Source: Minisyncoccia bacterium (GTDB taxonomy: Bacteria; Patescibacteriota; Minisyncoccia; Phycocordibacterales; UBA918). From it: 64,000 bases of DNA. Positions 39,013 to 49,134 of the stretch are shown here, in pieces (the stretch's first letter is position 1; each line of letters opens with the position of its first letter). The stretch is from positions 18,395-82,394 of the forward strand of contig JBGSSW010000011.1 of assembly GCA_041736805.1 (NCBI GenBank). Reading direction: 5' to 3'. The position numbers and the translations under genes are program-made. The notes under the pieces are model-generated. The model was not told the DNA's origin, searched no databases, and worked only from the letters and a program-made list of their open reading frames with translations.

Positions 39013-39430
39013 AAAATAGTTTAAGCAGATGAGAACAAAATGTTACCAGAGTAACCTAAGCGGTGCAACCAAAACTAAATTAATTTGCTTGCACCATCAT
39101 AAATATCAAGAGAATTATTAATAGTAAAAGCTTTCTTAGTTAAATAAGATAACTGTGGATGACCGGGGCAGAAAGCTTCGCTTTCTGCCCTCACTTTATC
39201 CCAAAACCCCCTTCCTCTCCAATTCTCCCCCAAATCCTAAAATTACCCTTATTTATAAGGCTAGAATAAGCACTGTAAACTTGACTTTTCTACCTAAATA
39301 TGGTATCATGGTAAATGGAAGAGGTTGTATTAAAAACAGCCCCTACAAAAGTTGGAGCGGCCCACAAGCCACCCCGTCACTTCTTTGACAATTGATTTAC
39401 GTCGGAATTAATCCGACAAGGAGAACCTAT

Positions 39431-40789
39431 ATGAACAAAGTTGAACAACCCATGAGTATTTTCGGGACTTTCTTCAAAGTGACCATTCCAGATTTTCTGA
39501 CAAAGAATCTCAAGTCCACAATTCACGTGGGGGTACCGCCTGAAAGCAAAGAACTAACAAGAGTTGGTTGGTACCTCAATACCATCTCAGCTCAAGTCGC
39601 TCGGGTATTGGTAAGTATTGCTGGGGGTTTTGTTCTAACCTATTTCCTGGCTTTCATCTTCGGAATATTCAATATCCAATACTTGAACGGCCTTTGGTGG
39701 ATAATCGGTTCAGCTATGGCCATTACAGTAGCCTGGAACGAACCGAAAATCACAGTTCCAGCGAACCATGTTGGAATCATTACTTTCCTTGGTACGAGAT
39801 ACCATGTCTTTATCCAGGAAGGTGATTACTGGTGGCTGGGTCAAAGGTTCTTTTTTGGTATCAGCATTCAACCTCTACCCAAGGCGGAAAATGTTCAAGC
39901 TGGACCAGGCGAAGCACAAGGCTTTGTCTTCATAGGCAAGAGAATTTTGCAAATTTGGAACTCAGCAGACTCAAAAGTAAAGGACACTGTAATTCTTCTA
40001 CAAACACAAGGAGGAAGTACTGTAACGTCTTCTTTGGACGTTAATACAACAACAATAGACCCTATCAAAAGGGCTCGTGTGACCGATGCTAACCTTCGGA
40101 TTGCAAATACAACCAGAACCGGCCTTCGGAAGGCGGCTGGTCTAATTCGTGACACTGACTTCAATGTTGCAAAGGAAATTGTTACTGACTTAATCGTCGG
40201 GGACAGGGTTCTGGTAGTTTTCACTCTCAAAAAGAAAGACTCTTACCTAGAAGGTACGATGGTGAAGGACAATTCTGGCAGCCCTATATACCACAGACTA
40301 GTGTTGGAGGGTAAGCCAGAAACTTTCCCAGATCAAATCGCTCCTCAAGTGGTGGAATTTGCCAGGTTGGTTGAACAAACCGGCAATCCAGAACAAGTGT
40401 CTGTGTCGAAACGCGACGGAAATCTGGCAGTAGCGATCCTGGATGTGCGAGAGAAGCTTAGCCCTATCCTTGAAGAGGTGGGTGAGGCTTTAGATAACCT
40501 TATCCTGAGTGACGCTCAACTTTCAGGGACAGTCAGAGAAGCTGGCGAAAAGGCCTCATCTGAAGGTTATCAGCGTACAGCACAAGTCATTAGTGCACAG
40601 ACGCAACAGGAAGTTGCGGCAATCCTGTCATTTGACTCGAAAGGTGAACCGATTAGCGATTTCGCCAGAGCACTTGCTGCTACCGCCGATGGTAACAAGG
40701 GTGTTTCCATCGTAATGGTACCTGGTAGTGATCCACTTACGAGAGCAGCTATTGCTGGCGGCCAACAAATAGGGGGTAAAGGTAAATGA
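39431..40789 (+). CDS. membrane-anchored hypothetical protein, weakly SPFH/band-7-like
   Basis: One N-terminal TM region, then a large soluble domain. GC-richer than the backbone. Start taken at MNKVEQ. Confidence 0.35.
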   Translation: MNKVEQPMSIFGTFFKVTIPDFLTKNLKSTIHVGVPPESKELTRVGWYLNTISAQVARVLVSIAGGFVLTYFLAFIFGIFNIQYLNGLWWIIGSAMAITVAWNEPKITVPANHVGIITFLGTRYHVFIQEGDYWWLGQRFFFGISIQPLPKAENVQAGPGEAQGFVFIGKRILQIWNSADSKVKDTVILLQTQGGSTVTSSLDVNTTTIDPIKRARVTDANLRIANTTRTGLRKAAGLIRDTDFNVAKEIVTDLIVGDRVLVVFTLKKKDSYLEGTMVKDNSGSPIYHRLVLEGKPETFPDQIAPQVVEFARLVEQTGNPEQVSVSKRDGNLAVAILDVREKLSPILEEVGEALDNLILSDAQLSGTVREAGEKASSEGYQRTAQVISAQTQQEVAAILSFDSKGEPISDFARALAATADGNKGVSIVMVPGSDPLTRAAIAGGQQIGGKGK

Positions 40790-41586
40790 AGAAGATTAAC
40801 TGGATATGGCTATTCACAGCAGCTGCCCTGTTGTTTGTGGCTGGAACTATCACTTTTCGAGGAGTAACTGATCGGGACCTTTTTACCGGTGACAAACAGC
40901 ATGAGGAGACGATAAGCAAAAAGGTTGATAACAATACCGGTGCTGCTAACACTACGCGGAGCAAGCTCGACAATACGGAAGCTGGCAAGCTTCTGGAGAC
41001 TTGGGACTGGAACGTCACCACACCTGGGAAGGCACTCGGTGATTCTATTGGTCCAGAGTGGACTAATTGGGTAATCTGGGGAGTAATCCTCTTGGTTGTC
41101 TGGTTGGTAGTGCGGAGTTTTCTGCCTTCAACAAGGAAGTCATCTAGCGGTGGCTTCCCTACCTTCTTGGGGTGGATGTTGGCCATCCTGATGATGGTGG
41201 GTATTTGGTTCCTGTACCAAAACTACAAGCCAGTACCGTACGCCGAGCTTCCGCCCTTGAACTTTCGCAATGCGGTTCCAGGACAAAGCGCCAGCACAGT
41301 GATGGGACTCAACTCCCTCGCCGTGGTCGACGTCAAGCTGACCAACATCAACTTGGGATATCGGCATTTTATCTGCCCGGAAGCCCAGAACCAAGGGGAC
41401 TTCAAGTTCTCGGTGATGTACGTTGAAGTAAAGCCGGTTGGAACAGATCGGATGCGCTTTCGGTTCACCGATGAAACGAAAGCCAAGTTGGCAGCTCTAA
41501 GTGTGAACTCGGTTGACACCAAATTCACACTTGTGAAAGGAGGTTTTCACGAACAACCTTGTCCATATGGGCAGAAAGGAAACTGA
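40786..41586 (+). CDS. hypothetical membrane protein (266 aa)
   Basis: N-terminal TM plus two central TM helices. Overlaps the upstream gene by 4 bp, so likely an operon. Confidence 0.4.
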   Translation: MKKINWIWLFTAAALLFVAGTITFRGVTDRDLFTGDKQHEETISKKVDNNTGAANTTRSKLDNTEAGKLLETWDWNVTTPGKALGDSIGPEWTNWVIWGVILLVVWLVVRSFLPSTRKSSSGGFPTFLGWMLAILMMVGIWFLYQNYKPVPYAELPPLNFRNAVPGQSASTVMGLNSLAVVDVKLTNINLGYRHFICPEAQNQGDFKFSVMYVEVKPVGTDRMRFRFTDETKAKLAALSVNSVDTKFTLVKGGFHEQPCPYGQKGN

Positions 41587-41618
41587 CTGCTCAGAAATGT
41601 TCCTTGACGAAAGGATTC

Positions 41619-41654
41619 AAGCCCACTAGATTGAAAATCTAGTGGGCTTTTTTA
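41619..41654. terminator. bidirectional rho-independent terminator
   Basis: AAGCCCACTAGATT-GAAA-ATCTAGTGGGCTT followed by TTTTTT. Confidence 0.65.
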
Positions 41655-41684
41655 TTTATAATTAAAATGATTTAAGTCTAGGGA

Positions 41685-42020
41685 TTAAGGAGAAAACTTA
41701 AAAACTTGATCACAACCTGTGGCAGTGGGGTCCAAAGCACAATCGGTCTGCTTATCTAAGCCAAAAGTGCCGGTTGCAATAGCTAAAATAGTGTAAGCCG
41801 AGAGCATTACCACCAAGCCGATGATGCCATACATCATATGCTTTTTACCCTCTTCTCGGGCGGAGTCGTTATCAGCGTTTAAAATATAGACAGCACAACC
41901 CCAAATAAAGAATAAAAAAGCAATCCCTGATAGTAGGGCTATCAAAGGGTAAAGGATGATGTCGTTTACCTTTGAAACAAACTTTCCGGCTTCTTCAGCG
42001 GCCTGTTGTTGCGGTGTCAT
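41685..42020 (-). CDS. small VirB2/TrbC-like (T4SS-pilin-like) two-TM protein, paralogue 1 of 4
   Basis: Two TM helices separated by a charged loop (NADNDSAREEGKKHMMYGIIGLVV). Shares the pattern hydrophobic-helix, [DN]-x-[DE]..EEGK, hydrophobic-helix with the three neighbouring genes. Confidence 0.5.
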   Translation of the reverse strand: MTPQQQAAEEAGKFVSKVNDIILYPLIALLSGIAFLFFIWGCAVYILNADNDSAREEGKKHMMYGIIGLVVMLSAYTILAIATGTFGLDKQTDCALDPTATGCDQVFKFSP

Positions 42021-42070
42021 AATGCTTAAATTATAGCAAATTGTTAATAAAGAAGTATCACTAATACACA

Positions 42071-42095
42071 AAAAAGCCCCTGACGGGGCTTTTTT
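42071..42095. terminator. bidirectional rho-independent terminator
   Basis: AAAAAGCCCC-TGAC-GGGGCTTTTTT. Confidence 0.65.
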
Positions 42096-42120
42096 GTGCA
42101 TTAGTGCATTAGCTAGAAAA

Positions 42121-42519
42121 CTATGGAGCCGGAGTCAGAGTCGGAGTGGTTGGAATAGTTACCTGTGTAGACTTTCCAGAAAGACCAATTGTATCGACCA
42201 AGAAGGTTACGATTCCCCAGAAAACAAAGATAAGGACGAAACCAAGAGTTGCGTAAATCATCAAACTCTTTCCTTTTTCCTTTGAATCATCATTAGCGCC
42301 GCCAAGAATAAAGTATTGGAACATTCCCCAAACAAATACTAGGAAACCAATTCCGATAATGAAAGGAATAAGGACTTTGTTAGTAAACTCAAGAATATTC
42401 GCTAGTAGAGTACCAAAAGGTCCTCCTGAACCAGTAGTAACCAATCCTTGTGCAGCCACCATAGCTACTGGAAGTAGGAATAGTGAAGCTGAACCGATAA
42501 ATAATTTTAAACTTCGCAT
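42121..42519 (-). CDS. small VirB2/TrbC-like pilin-like protein with signal peptide, paralogue 2
   Basis: Signal peptide MRSLKLFIGSASLFLLPVAMVAAQG, then two TM helices around GGANDDSKEKGKS. Confidence 0.5.
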   Translation of the reverse strand: MRSLKLFIGSASLFLLPVAMVAAQGLVTTGSGGPFGTLLANILEFTNKVLIPFIIGIGFLVFVWGMFQYFILGGANDDSKEKGKSLMIYATLGFVLIFVFWGIVTFLVDTIGLSGKSTQVTIPTTPTLTPAP

Positions 42520-42627
42520 ACAAACTATATATTTATACATTAAATAATAACACTACCCACTATTATACAGGTAATATCACCAATAATCAAGTTTTTTTGA
42601 CGACCTGTGTATAAGTAAGCTACTGGT

Positions 42628-42921
42628 CTAAATGCCAAAAAGTGAACTCCGGATCATTCGTACTATGCCCCAAGTGACAACCATAACGACAAAGACAACA
42701 ACAGCCACGAGAGCAAACTGCTTACCTTCTTCACGCTTTCTTTCATCGCCAGCATTAATAATCCAAGCATCAATTATTTTCCAAACTAAAAAAACAAAAA
42801 CGACAGCAAAAATTGCTGGGATAATTAAATTGATTAAACTTAGAAATAAATCTACTATCTTTCTAAAGGTGGTTGGTGGCATAATGACAGATAATTTAAG
42901 GAGTGGTAGTAAATGAACCAA
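42628..42921 (-). CDS. small VirB2/TrbC-like two-TM protein, paralogue 3 (start uncertain)
   Basis: Two TM helices around INAGDERKREEGKQ. Confidence 0.45.
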   Translation of the reverse strand: MVHLLPLLKLSVIMPPTTFRKIVDLFLSLINLIIPAIFAVVFVFLVWKIIDAWIINAGDERKREEGKQFALVAVVVFVVMVVTWGIVRMIRSSLFGI

Positions 42922-43279
42922 CTAGATTTTTAACAATCTCGGCAATAGCAACCGCACCGATAATAAGTACACCACCAATAATGGCATAGGTAAGGGCTCT
43001 GGTGGCTTGCTCCACTTGAGCGGCATTGCCTCTGGCTGTAACATAAAGAAAACCAGCGTAGATAATAAAGAAGACTACAATCGGCGCAGCGAGGACAATT
43101 AAAATATTTAGAATGGCTACTAGCAAGTCCTCTAGAGAATTTATTTTAAGAGGATTAACGATAGAAACATTTTGTGTAACCCCTAACCCTTGAGCCGCGA
43201 CAGTAGTAGCCGAAACTAAAAAAATTACTGTGACCAAAGGTAAAACTTTACTTGAAAATTTTTTGATTTTACTAAACAT
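42896..43279 (-). CDS. small VirB2/TrbC-like pilin-like protein with signal peptide, paralogue 4
   Basis: Signal peptide ...LVSATTVAAQG, then two TM helices. Confidence 0.5.
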   Translation of the reverse strand: MFSKIKKFSSKVLPLVTVIFLVSATTVAAQGLGVTQNVSIVNPLKINSLEDLLVAILNILIVLAAPIVVFFIIYAGFLYVTARGNAAQVEQATRALTYAIIGGVLIIGAVAIAEIVKNLVGSFTTTP

Positions 43280-43298
43280 AAGCCTATTATAATATAGA

Positions 43299-44600
43299 TT
43301 AATAAATTTGCTGGATACGATTCATAGCATCTGTTGTAGCAGAGTATATATCACTCCGATTAGCATTAACATCACCAATCATTCTACTTAGTATTTCATC
43401 TAAACGATTCTTGTCTGGAGAAAGCCAGCCACGAGCGTAATTGGCTGATTTGTAAGCAATACGTCCGTATATATCGTTACTACCTGATATTATGGAACTT
43501 CTGTAAACCGGTACCATATTGTAGCCACTTGCCAATTCTTTTGCATTCTCTTGACTACCTAAATTTTGCATCACACTAAATGAACCATTCTTATTCTTAG
43601 CAGCCTTTGGAATCATTAGCGAATAAAATTGGCCATAAGTACGCTTCACGCTAGCTTCAGCTCCTTGAGGCACTTCAGCTATATCAAAGCTGAGGTTTGG
43701 ATTTTTAGTTTCAATATCTCTTCCTTCACTAGCAAAGCCAAAATAAATGGCTAAATCTTCGCTCAAAAACATGTCTCTGTCTAAAGGAAGTGAGCGATTC
43801 CAACTATATAGCGTATTAGAGGTATTGCTAAAATTTGTAAAGAAAGTAACAGCATTGGTAAAGGGTGTTGCACCAGACCTGTTTAGAGTCTCATTTAGTC
43901 GAATGCTATATATCTTATTCTCTTCTGTTACTAAAGCACTACCACCCTGTAGTAATAATAAAGATAAGATAGGAAAAGCATTTTTGATATTACTATACTC
44001 GCCCATCGCTAAAGCAGAGCGCTTGATGGTTCGATTAAAGTCTCTATTGGTAATAGTCGGAACAATATCAGCCACAATCTCTTCCCAGGTACTTGGGGCA
44101 GTCAGCAAACCGTTACTGGCAAAAATATCCCGGTTCCAAAACATTACCAAAGGATCAACGAAGACTGGGTAGCCATAAATACCGTCACTCAAAACAAAAA
44201 TATCTGCTCCATCAATGTAAGTGCTTCTAAAGTCTCGTTCTGGAAAAGACTCAAGGATTAAAGGTTGTAAACGGGAACGATGCTTGGCTAACAAGTCGTG
44301 TGGAAGAAGCAGTAGGTCGGGGCTATTTTGGTCGGCTAGGGTATTGAGAAAAGCTTCATCAAATTTTTCTGGGGGAAAGTAGCTATAAGTGACCATCTCA
44401 TAGCTTTTGTCTTTGAGGCTAATTTTTTTGATTAAATCATTAATTGCACTTGGGGGTAATGTACCCCAAATTGAAACAGTACCTACGACGGTAACACTCT
44501 CGTCTGCGGGGGGGTCATAGGTACGAATCAAAATAAGGGCCGTGATAAAAAGAGCTCCAAATATAATTACTAAAGTTAGCTCAAATGGTCTTAATTTCAT
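43299..44600 (-). CDS. membrane-anchored extracellular protein, possibly a solute-binding-protein-like fold
   Basis: N-terminal TM anchor plus a 400-aa ectodomain. The SBP assignment is only a weak pattern impression. Confidence 0.35.
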   Translation of the reverse strand: MKLRPFELTLVIIFGALFITALILIRTYDPPADESVTVVGTVSIWGTLPPSAINDLIKKISLKDKSYEMVTYSYFPPEKFDEAFLNTLADQNSPDLLLLPHDLLAKHRSRLQPLILESFPERDFRSTYIDGADIFVLSDGIYGYPVFVDPLVMFWNRDIFASNGLLTAPSTWEEIVADIVPTITNRDFNRTIKRSALAMGEYSNIKNAFPILSLLLLQGGSALVTEENKIYSIRLNETLNRSGATPFTNAVTFFTNFSNTSNTLYSWNRSLPLDRDMFLSEDLAIYFGFASEGRDIETKNPNLSFDIAEVPQGAEASVKRTYGQFYSLMIPKAAKNKNGSFSVMQNLGSQENAKELASGYNMVPVYRSSIISGSNDIYGRIAYKSANYARGWLSPDKNRLDEILSRMIGDVNANRSDIYSATTDAMNRIQQIY

Positions 44601-45145
44601 ATTTTACGAAAAGCTAAACCGTAGTGATGGCCTCCCGCCTCAAATTCTCGCTCAAAAATAAACTGCTGTGATTCAAATAAGTCAGTGGCCATTTCTTTGG
44701 TGATTACGTCTTTACTTTGTGGACCCAAACCACCAAAAGACTCTGACCAATCTATGACGTAGACAACACCACTTGGCCTAAGTACTCGCCTAATCTCGGT
44801 TAAGGCTGCTTCCTTTAACTCGAACTGAAATAGTGTGTTTACCAAAATCGCGGAATCTAAAGTATTATTTGGTAATTTGATTCCTCCCACCTCTTCTAAG
44901 TCACACCATAAGGGTTGAATGTTGGTTAAGCCATTTGCACGCGCATAGTCACCTAGTTTTTCAACTAAAACTTTTTGTATCTCACAAGCATAAACCTTAC
45001 CTTCAGGTCCCACGGCTTCAGACAGTGGCTTCAAGAAAAAGCCCGCTCCAGAACCAAGGTCAGCTACTTTTTCACCTTCTTTAATGTGAAAGTGTGTAGA
45101 CACTACTTCTGGAATTACAAATCGACCAGGTAAAACAAAATTCAT
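44597..45145 (-). CDS. class I SAM-dependent methyltransferase
   Basis: Motif I VADLGSGAGFF. Confidence 0.65.
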   Translation of the reverse strand: MNFVLPGRFVIPEVVSTHFHIKEGEKVADLGSGAGFFLKPLSEAVGPEGKVYACEIQKVLVEKLGDYARANGLTNIQPLWCDLEEVGGIKLPNNTLDSAILVNTLFQFELKEAALTEIRRVLRPSGVVYVIDWSESFGGLGPQSKDVITKEMATDLFESQQFIFEREFEAGGHHYGLAFRKI

Positions 45146-45251
45146 TACTTCTAATTATACATGAAAAAGAAGCTACTTCGGGTAATGGTTGTGAAATAAA
45201 GGACGGCTGCCGTAGGCAGTCGTCCTTTATTTCTAACTATCCAAACATACT

Positions 45252-47723
45252 TTAGACAAAAACCACACTAGCAATCGCATCTCCTTCGCGCATTTTCATT
45301 ACCCGTACTCCTTGTGTCTGGCGACCCAGGGTAGGTACTGACTTGAGAGGAAGTTTAATTACCTGGCCCTTTTGACTCATGATGACTAGTTCTCCATCGT
45401 TTTTTTCATCTTCTCGCAAGACAATACCGCACACTACTTCACCGGTCTTGCTAGTGACTTTTGCAGTTTTGATACCAGAACCACCACGTTTTTGTGTCTT
45501 ATACTCCTTGGCCGGAGTAGCTTTACCATAACCTTGTTGGGTCACGATAAGGACCTCGGTCTTTTTTTCATCTTTGTTAAAGACGTCCGCCGAAACAACC
45601 ATGTCGCCCTTAGAAAGTTTCATACCAGACACGCCAGCGGCTGTTCGTCCCATCTGACGAACATCACTTTCCTTAAAGCGTATCGATTGTCCATGCAAAG
45701 TTACCAAAGAAATCTCATCTCCTTTACCAACAAACTTGGCAGCAATCAGTGAGTCGTCGTCTTTTAAAGTAATAGCAATTAGTCCACTGCGTCTTACATC
45801 TTTGAAAGAAGCTGCATCACTTTTCTTAGCTACACCATTTTTTGTAACCATCATTAGACTCCAATCCCCAGTCCACTCTTCCTTTCGGACCGCCAAAACA
45901 GAAGTTACCTTTTCTTCTTGTGTCATAGACAGAAAATTCATAATTGATTTCCCTCTGGTTGCCCGACGACCTTCTGGAATTTCGTACATCTTGCTTTGAT
46001 AAACTTTTCCTTTGTCAGTAAAGAAAAGTAAGTCACTATGAGCAGAAGTAGTCAACAAAACAGTCACCACATCTTCCTCTTTGGTGTTGAGGTCAACTAC
46101 TCCCACTCCACCTCTTTTTTGAGTTTTGTATTCTTCTGGGTTAGTTCTTTTAACGTAACCACCCGCAGTCAAGACCAGCACACTTTCATCATCTGGTACC
46201 AAATCTTCTTGTGAAAGTTGTTTCACTCCCCCTTTAACAATTTTAGTTCTTCTGTCGTCTCCATATTTTTCAGCAATTTCTAGCAAATCTTCTTTGACGA
46301 TTTTCATCATCTTTTCTTTACTCTTAAGAATGGTTTCCAGTTCCTTAATCAGTTTTTGTACTTCGGTTAACTCATCCTCAATCTTCTTGCGTTCTAGTCC
46401 AGCCAATTTCTGAAGGCGCATGTCGAGAATAGCCTGAGCTTGAATAGCTGAGAACTTAAACTCTTTCATCAATGCGGCGTGGGCGGTCGGAACATCTTTT
46501 GAAGCTCGAATAGTCTTTATAATCTTATCAATATGATCAAGAGCTTTCTTGAGGCCAAGTAAAATATGTTCGCGATCTTGAGCCTTTCTCAAATCATAAG
46601 CGGTACGACGACGAATTACTTCGAGTCTATGTTTTACATACTCTTGAAGAATCACCTTTAACGATAAGGTCTGAGGGATTCCGTCAACTAAAGCCACCAT
46701 ATTATAGTGGAAAGTATCTTCCAGTTGAGTGTGTTTATATAATTTATTTAAAACAGTTTGCGGTTGAGCCCCACTCTTAAGCTCGATAACAATTCTGATA
46801 TCAGAAGTAGACTCATCGCGCATATCGCGAATTCCTTCAATTCTCTTGTCTCGTACCAGGTCAGCTATTTTAACTTGCAAATCGGCCTTGTTGACACGAT
46901 AAGGAATAGAGGTGATGACAATCATAAAAGCGCCCCGTTTGTCCTCAACAATTTCGGCCTCTCCCCGCACAACCACCCCACCCTTACCGTTAGAGTAGGC
47001 ATGTAATATATCCTTTTGGTTGAAAGCCACCGCTCCAACCGGAAAATCAGGACCTTTAACAAACTTAAGCAAATCATCAGTAGTGGCAGCAGGATTATCA
47101 ATCAAGTGAGCTACGGCCGCAGCAATCTCGCGCAAATTATGCGGTGGGATATTAGTAGCCATACCCACTGCAATACCAAGTGAGCCCATCAAAAGCAGGT
47201 TGGGTACGGCAGCCGGCAGGACAATTGGTTCTTTCTTGGTGCCGTCAAAGTTGGGTCGCCAGTCAACAGTGTCTTTCTCTAGATCACGAAGTAGTTCTTC
47301 AGCCAGTTTTGACATTTTTGCTTCAGTGTATCGATAGGCGGCCGCGGAGTCTCCGTCAATAGAACCAAAGTTTCCCTGCCCAAGCACGAGTGGGTAACGC
47401 GTAGAAAAAGGCTGAGCCAATTTTACCATTGCTTCATAGACGGAGGCGTCGCCATGAGGGTGAAGACTACCAAGAACGTCTCCTACTACTGTAGCTGACT
47501 TCTTAAATTTAGCGCTAGCAGTTAAGCCGTTTAAGCGCATAGAATAGAGAATTCTTCGGTGTACTGGCTTTAGACCATCACGAACATCTGGCAAGGCTCG
47601 CTGGGTAATAACTGACATCGCATAATCAAGATATGCGGTCTCCATTTCAGTCGTAATATTTTGTACCACTATTCCCCTAGGTGAGGCCGGTATTTCGTCA
47701 ACAACAATTGTCTTTTTCGGCAT
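45252..47723 (-). CDS. gyrA: DNA gyrase subunit A
   Basis: The N-terminus is classic GyrA, including the active-site region [11 protein letters not shown] and the [17 protein letters not shown] motif. 823 aa. Confidence 0.9.
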   Translation of the reverse strand: MPKKTIVVDEIPASPRGIVVQNITTEMETAYLDYAMSVITQRALPDVRDGLKPVHRRILYSMRLNGLTASAKFKKSATVVGDVLGSLHPHGDASVYEAMVKLAQPFSTRYPLVLGQGNFGSIDGDSAAAYRYTEAKMSKLAEELLRDLEKDTVDWRPNFDGTKKEPIVLPAAVPNLLLMGSLGIAVGMATNIPPHNLREIAAAVAHLIDNPAATTDDLLKFVKGPDFPVGAVAFNQKDILHAYSNGKGGVVVRGEAEIVEDKRGAFMIVITSIPYRVNKADLQVKIADLVRDKRIEGIRDMRDESTSDIRIVIELKSGAQPQTVLNKLYKHTQLEDTFHYNMVALVDGIPQTLSLKVILQEYVKHRLEVIRRRTAYDLRKAQDREHILLGLKKALDHIDKIIKTIRASKDVPTAHAALMKEFKFSAIQAQAILDMRLQKLAGLERKKIEDELTEVQKLIKELETILKSKEKMMKIVKEDLLEIAEKYGDDRRTKIVKGGVKQLSQEDLVPDDESVLVLTAGGYVKRTNPEEYKTQKRGGVGVVDLNTKEEDVVTVLLTTSAHSDLLFFTDKGKVYQSKMYEIPEGRRATRGKSIMNFLSMTQEEKVTSVLAVRKEEWTGDWSLMMVTKNGVAKKSDAASFKDVRRSGLIAITLKDDDSLIAAKFVGKGDEISLVTLHGQSIRFKESDVRQMGRTAAGVSGMKLSKGDMVVSADVFNKDEKKTEVLIVTQQGYGKATPAKEYKTQKRGGSGIKTAKVTSKTGEVVCGIVLREDEKNDGELVIMSQKGQVIKLPLKSVPTLGRQTQGVRVMKMREGDAIASVVFV

Positions 47724-47767
47724 ATGTCTTTACAGCTGGAATAAAAATAATAATGAGTATAACACAT

Positions 47768-48223
47768 TTACTGAGTGTTGGTGCTAGTACCAACAGAAGT
47801 CTCAGTCGAGTTGGTAGTGGTAGCAATCATTACCTCATTGTAGCTTTTATTTTCAATAACCCTGTTTTGTTCAGAATTTTGACGCAGTAATTCTAAATCT
47901 TCATCATTTAGAATGATTCCACTAGGATTACTACTAGAAGAATTGGCAGCTGAAGCAGTTTGAGAATCCTCAACTTTTGAAGTCTGTGAAATAGAATCCT
48001 TCATCTGAGATATTTTTTCCTTAGACTCACTAATGAGTGTCGAAAAAGGGGTGGTGGAATTTTTTTCGACTGAAATTTCTTCGTTTGATTTAAAAACACC
48101 CCCCGGACTAGCCACCAACCAAATGAAAAGTACCAAGGACGTAAAAGCTGTCGCTATACCTAAAGCATAATTATCCCTAACTGACTTTGGCTTTTTATTG
48201 ATGTAGAGGAAGATTTTTTTCAT
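47768..48223 (-). CDS. hypothetical membrane-anchored Ser/Thr-rich protein
   Basis: One N-terminal TM helix, low-complexity S/T-rich tail. Confidence 0.35.
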   Translation of the reverse strand: MKKIFLYINKKPKSVRDNYALGIATAFTSLVLFIWLVASPGGVFKSNEEISVEKNSTTPFSTLISESKEKISQMKDSISQTSKVEDSQTASAANSSSSNPSGIILNDEDLELLRQNSEQNRVIENKSYNEVMIATTTNSTETSVGTSTNTQ

Positions 48224-48260
48224 TACAATTATTTTGCCGAAGCGGCAACGTATTTTGAAT

Positions 48261-48884
48261 CTAAGCCGCCTTCAAAACCTTTACTTCTCCTTCCATTTCG
48301 TTGATATCTTTCTTTTTAAGGGTCAATTTGTCTACAGACGTAGTACCGTCAGCCCCAATTTCTTTTAGAAAAGCTCCGAGGGAATTTTTGTCATAGTGCA
48401 TAGGGATAATCAGTTTAGCTTCTAATTTGATAGCTAGTTTTGAAGCTTGAGGTACATCAATTACATCCCCTCCCCCAATTGGGACAAACAAGATGTCTAT
48501 TTCACCTAGTTCGGAAAGAATCTTTGGGTCAATCTCAGCATCGCCGAGTGCGCCCAAGAAAATCATATTGATATCTTCGAGTCTGACTTGATAAATGGTG
48601 TTGTATCTTTCGACTCCTTCGTAGGTAGTCTTGGTGCCATAACCTCGGGCCGTGACTTCTCCGACCTCATACTCGCCCGGACCTTGAATAACATAAGCTT
48701 CTTTGCTGCCGTGTGAGGCTTGGTCTACTCCATTAAAATTAGGATGATTTAAAGAAACAAAAGCGATATCAGCCCCGAACTTGGCGCTGGGTAATTTTGA
48801 TTGTTTCGCGATGGGATCAAATGCTAAAGTGGTGTCGCCAAAAGACACTTTAAAGCACTGCCCTCCCTGATATGTAATAACCAT
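48261..48884 (-). CDS. UPF0173/MBL-fold-like hydrolase family protein (tentative)
   Basis: Size and N-terminus (MVITYQGGQCFKVSFGDTTLAFDP) resemble the YtkL-type family. The His motif is not obvious. Confidence 0.35.
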   Translation of the reverse strand: MVITYQGGQCFKVSFGDTTLAFDPIAKQSKLPSAKFGADIAFVSLNHPNFNGVDQASHGSKEAYVIQGPGEYEVGEVTARGYGTKTTYEGVERYNTIYQVRLEDINMIFLGALGDAEIDPKILSELGEIDILFVPIGGGDVIDVPQASKLAIKLEAKLIIPMHYDKNSLGAFLKEIGADGTTSVDKLTLKKKDINEMEGEVKVLKAA

Positions 48885-49134
48885 AGTGTCAGTAGTATAC
48901 GATATACCAGCCAGAACGGGAAATCTTTTGACTGACCAAGAGTGTAGCTCTGGCCTTTTCTATTAAGCTAGACATTTTCACTTTTTTATACTATATTTGG
49001 CGGACCATTTTTGGTACATGGATTTATGTCCATATTTATTAGTTCCTAGCGACACACGTTAACCCTGTACTGATGCTTACGGCCCTGAGACTCGGCAGTA
49101 CAGACGCGTGTCGTCGGAATAACACAAAAGAATT

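Noticed and set aside
39166-39190. Perfect palindrome GGGCAGAAAGC-TT-GCTTTCTGCCC upstream of trhO as a terminator
   Set aside because: No U-run on either strand. No upstream gene reads into it in an orientation that would need termination. Possibly regulatory, but unsupported.
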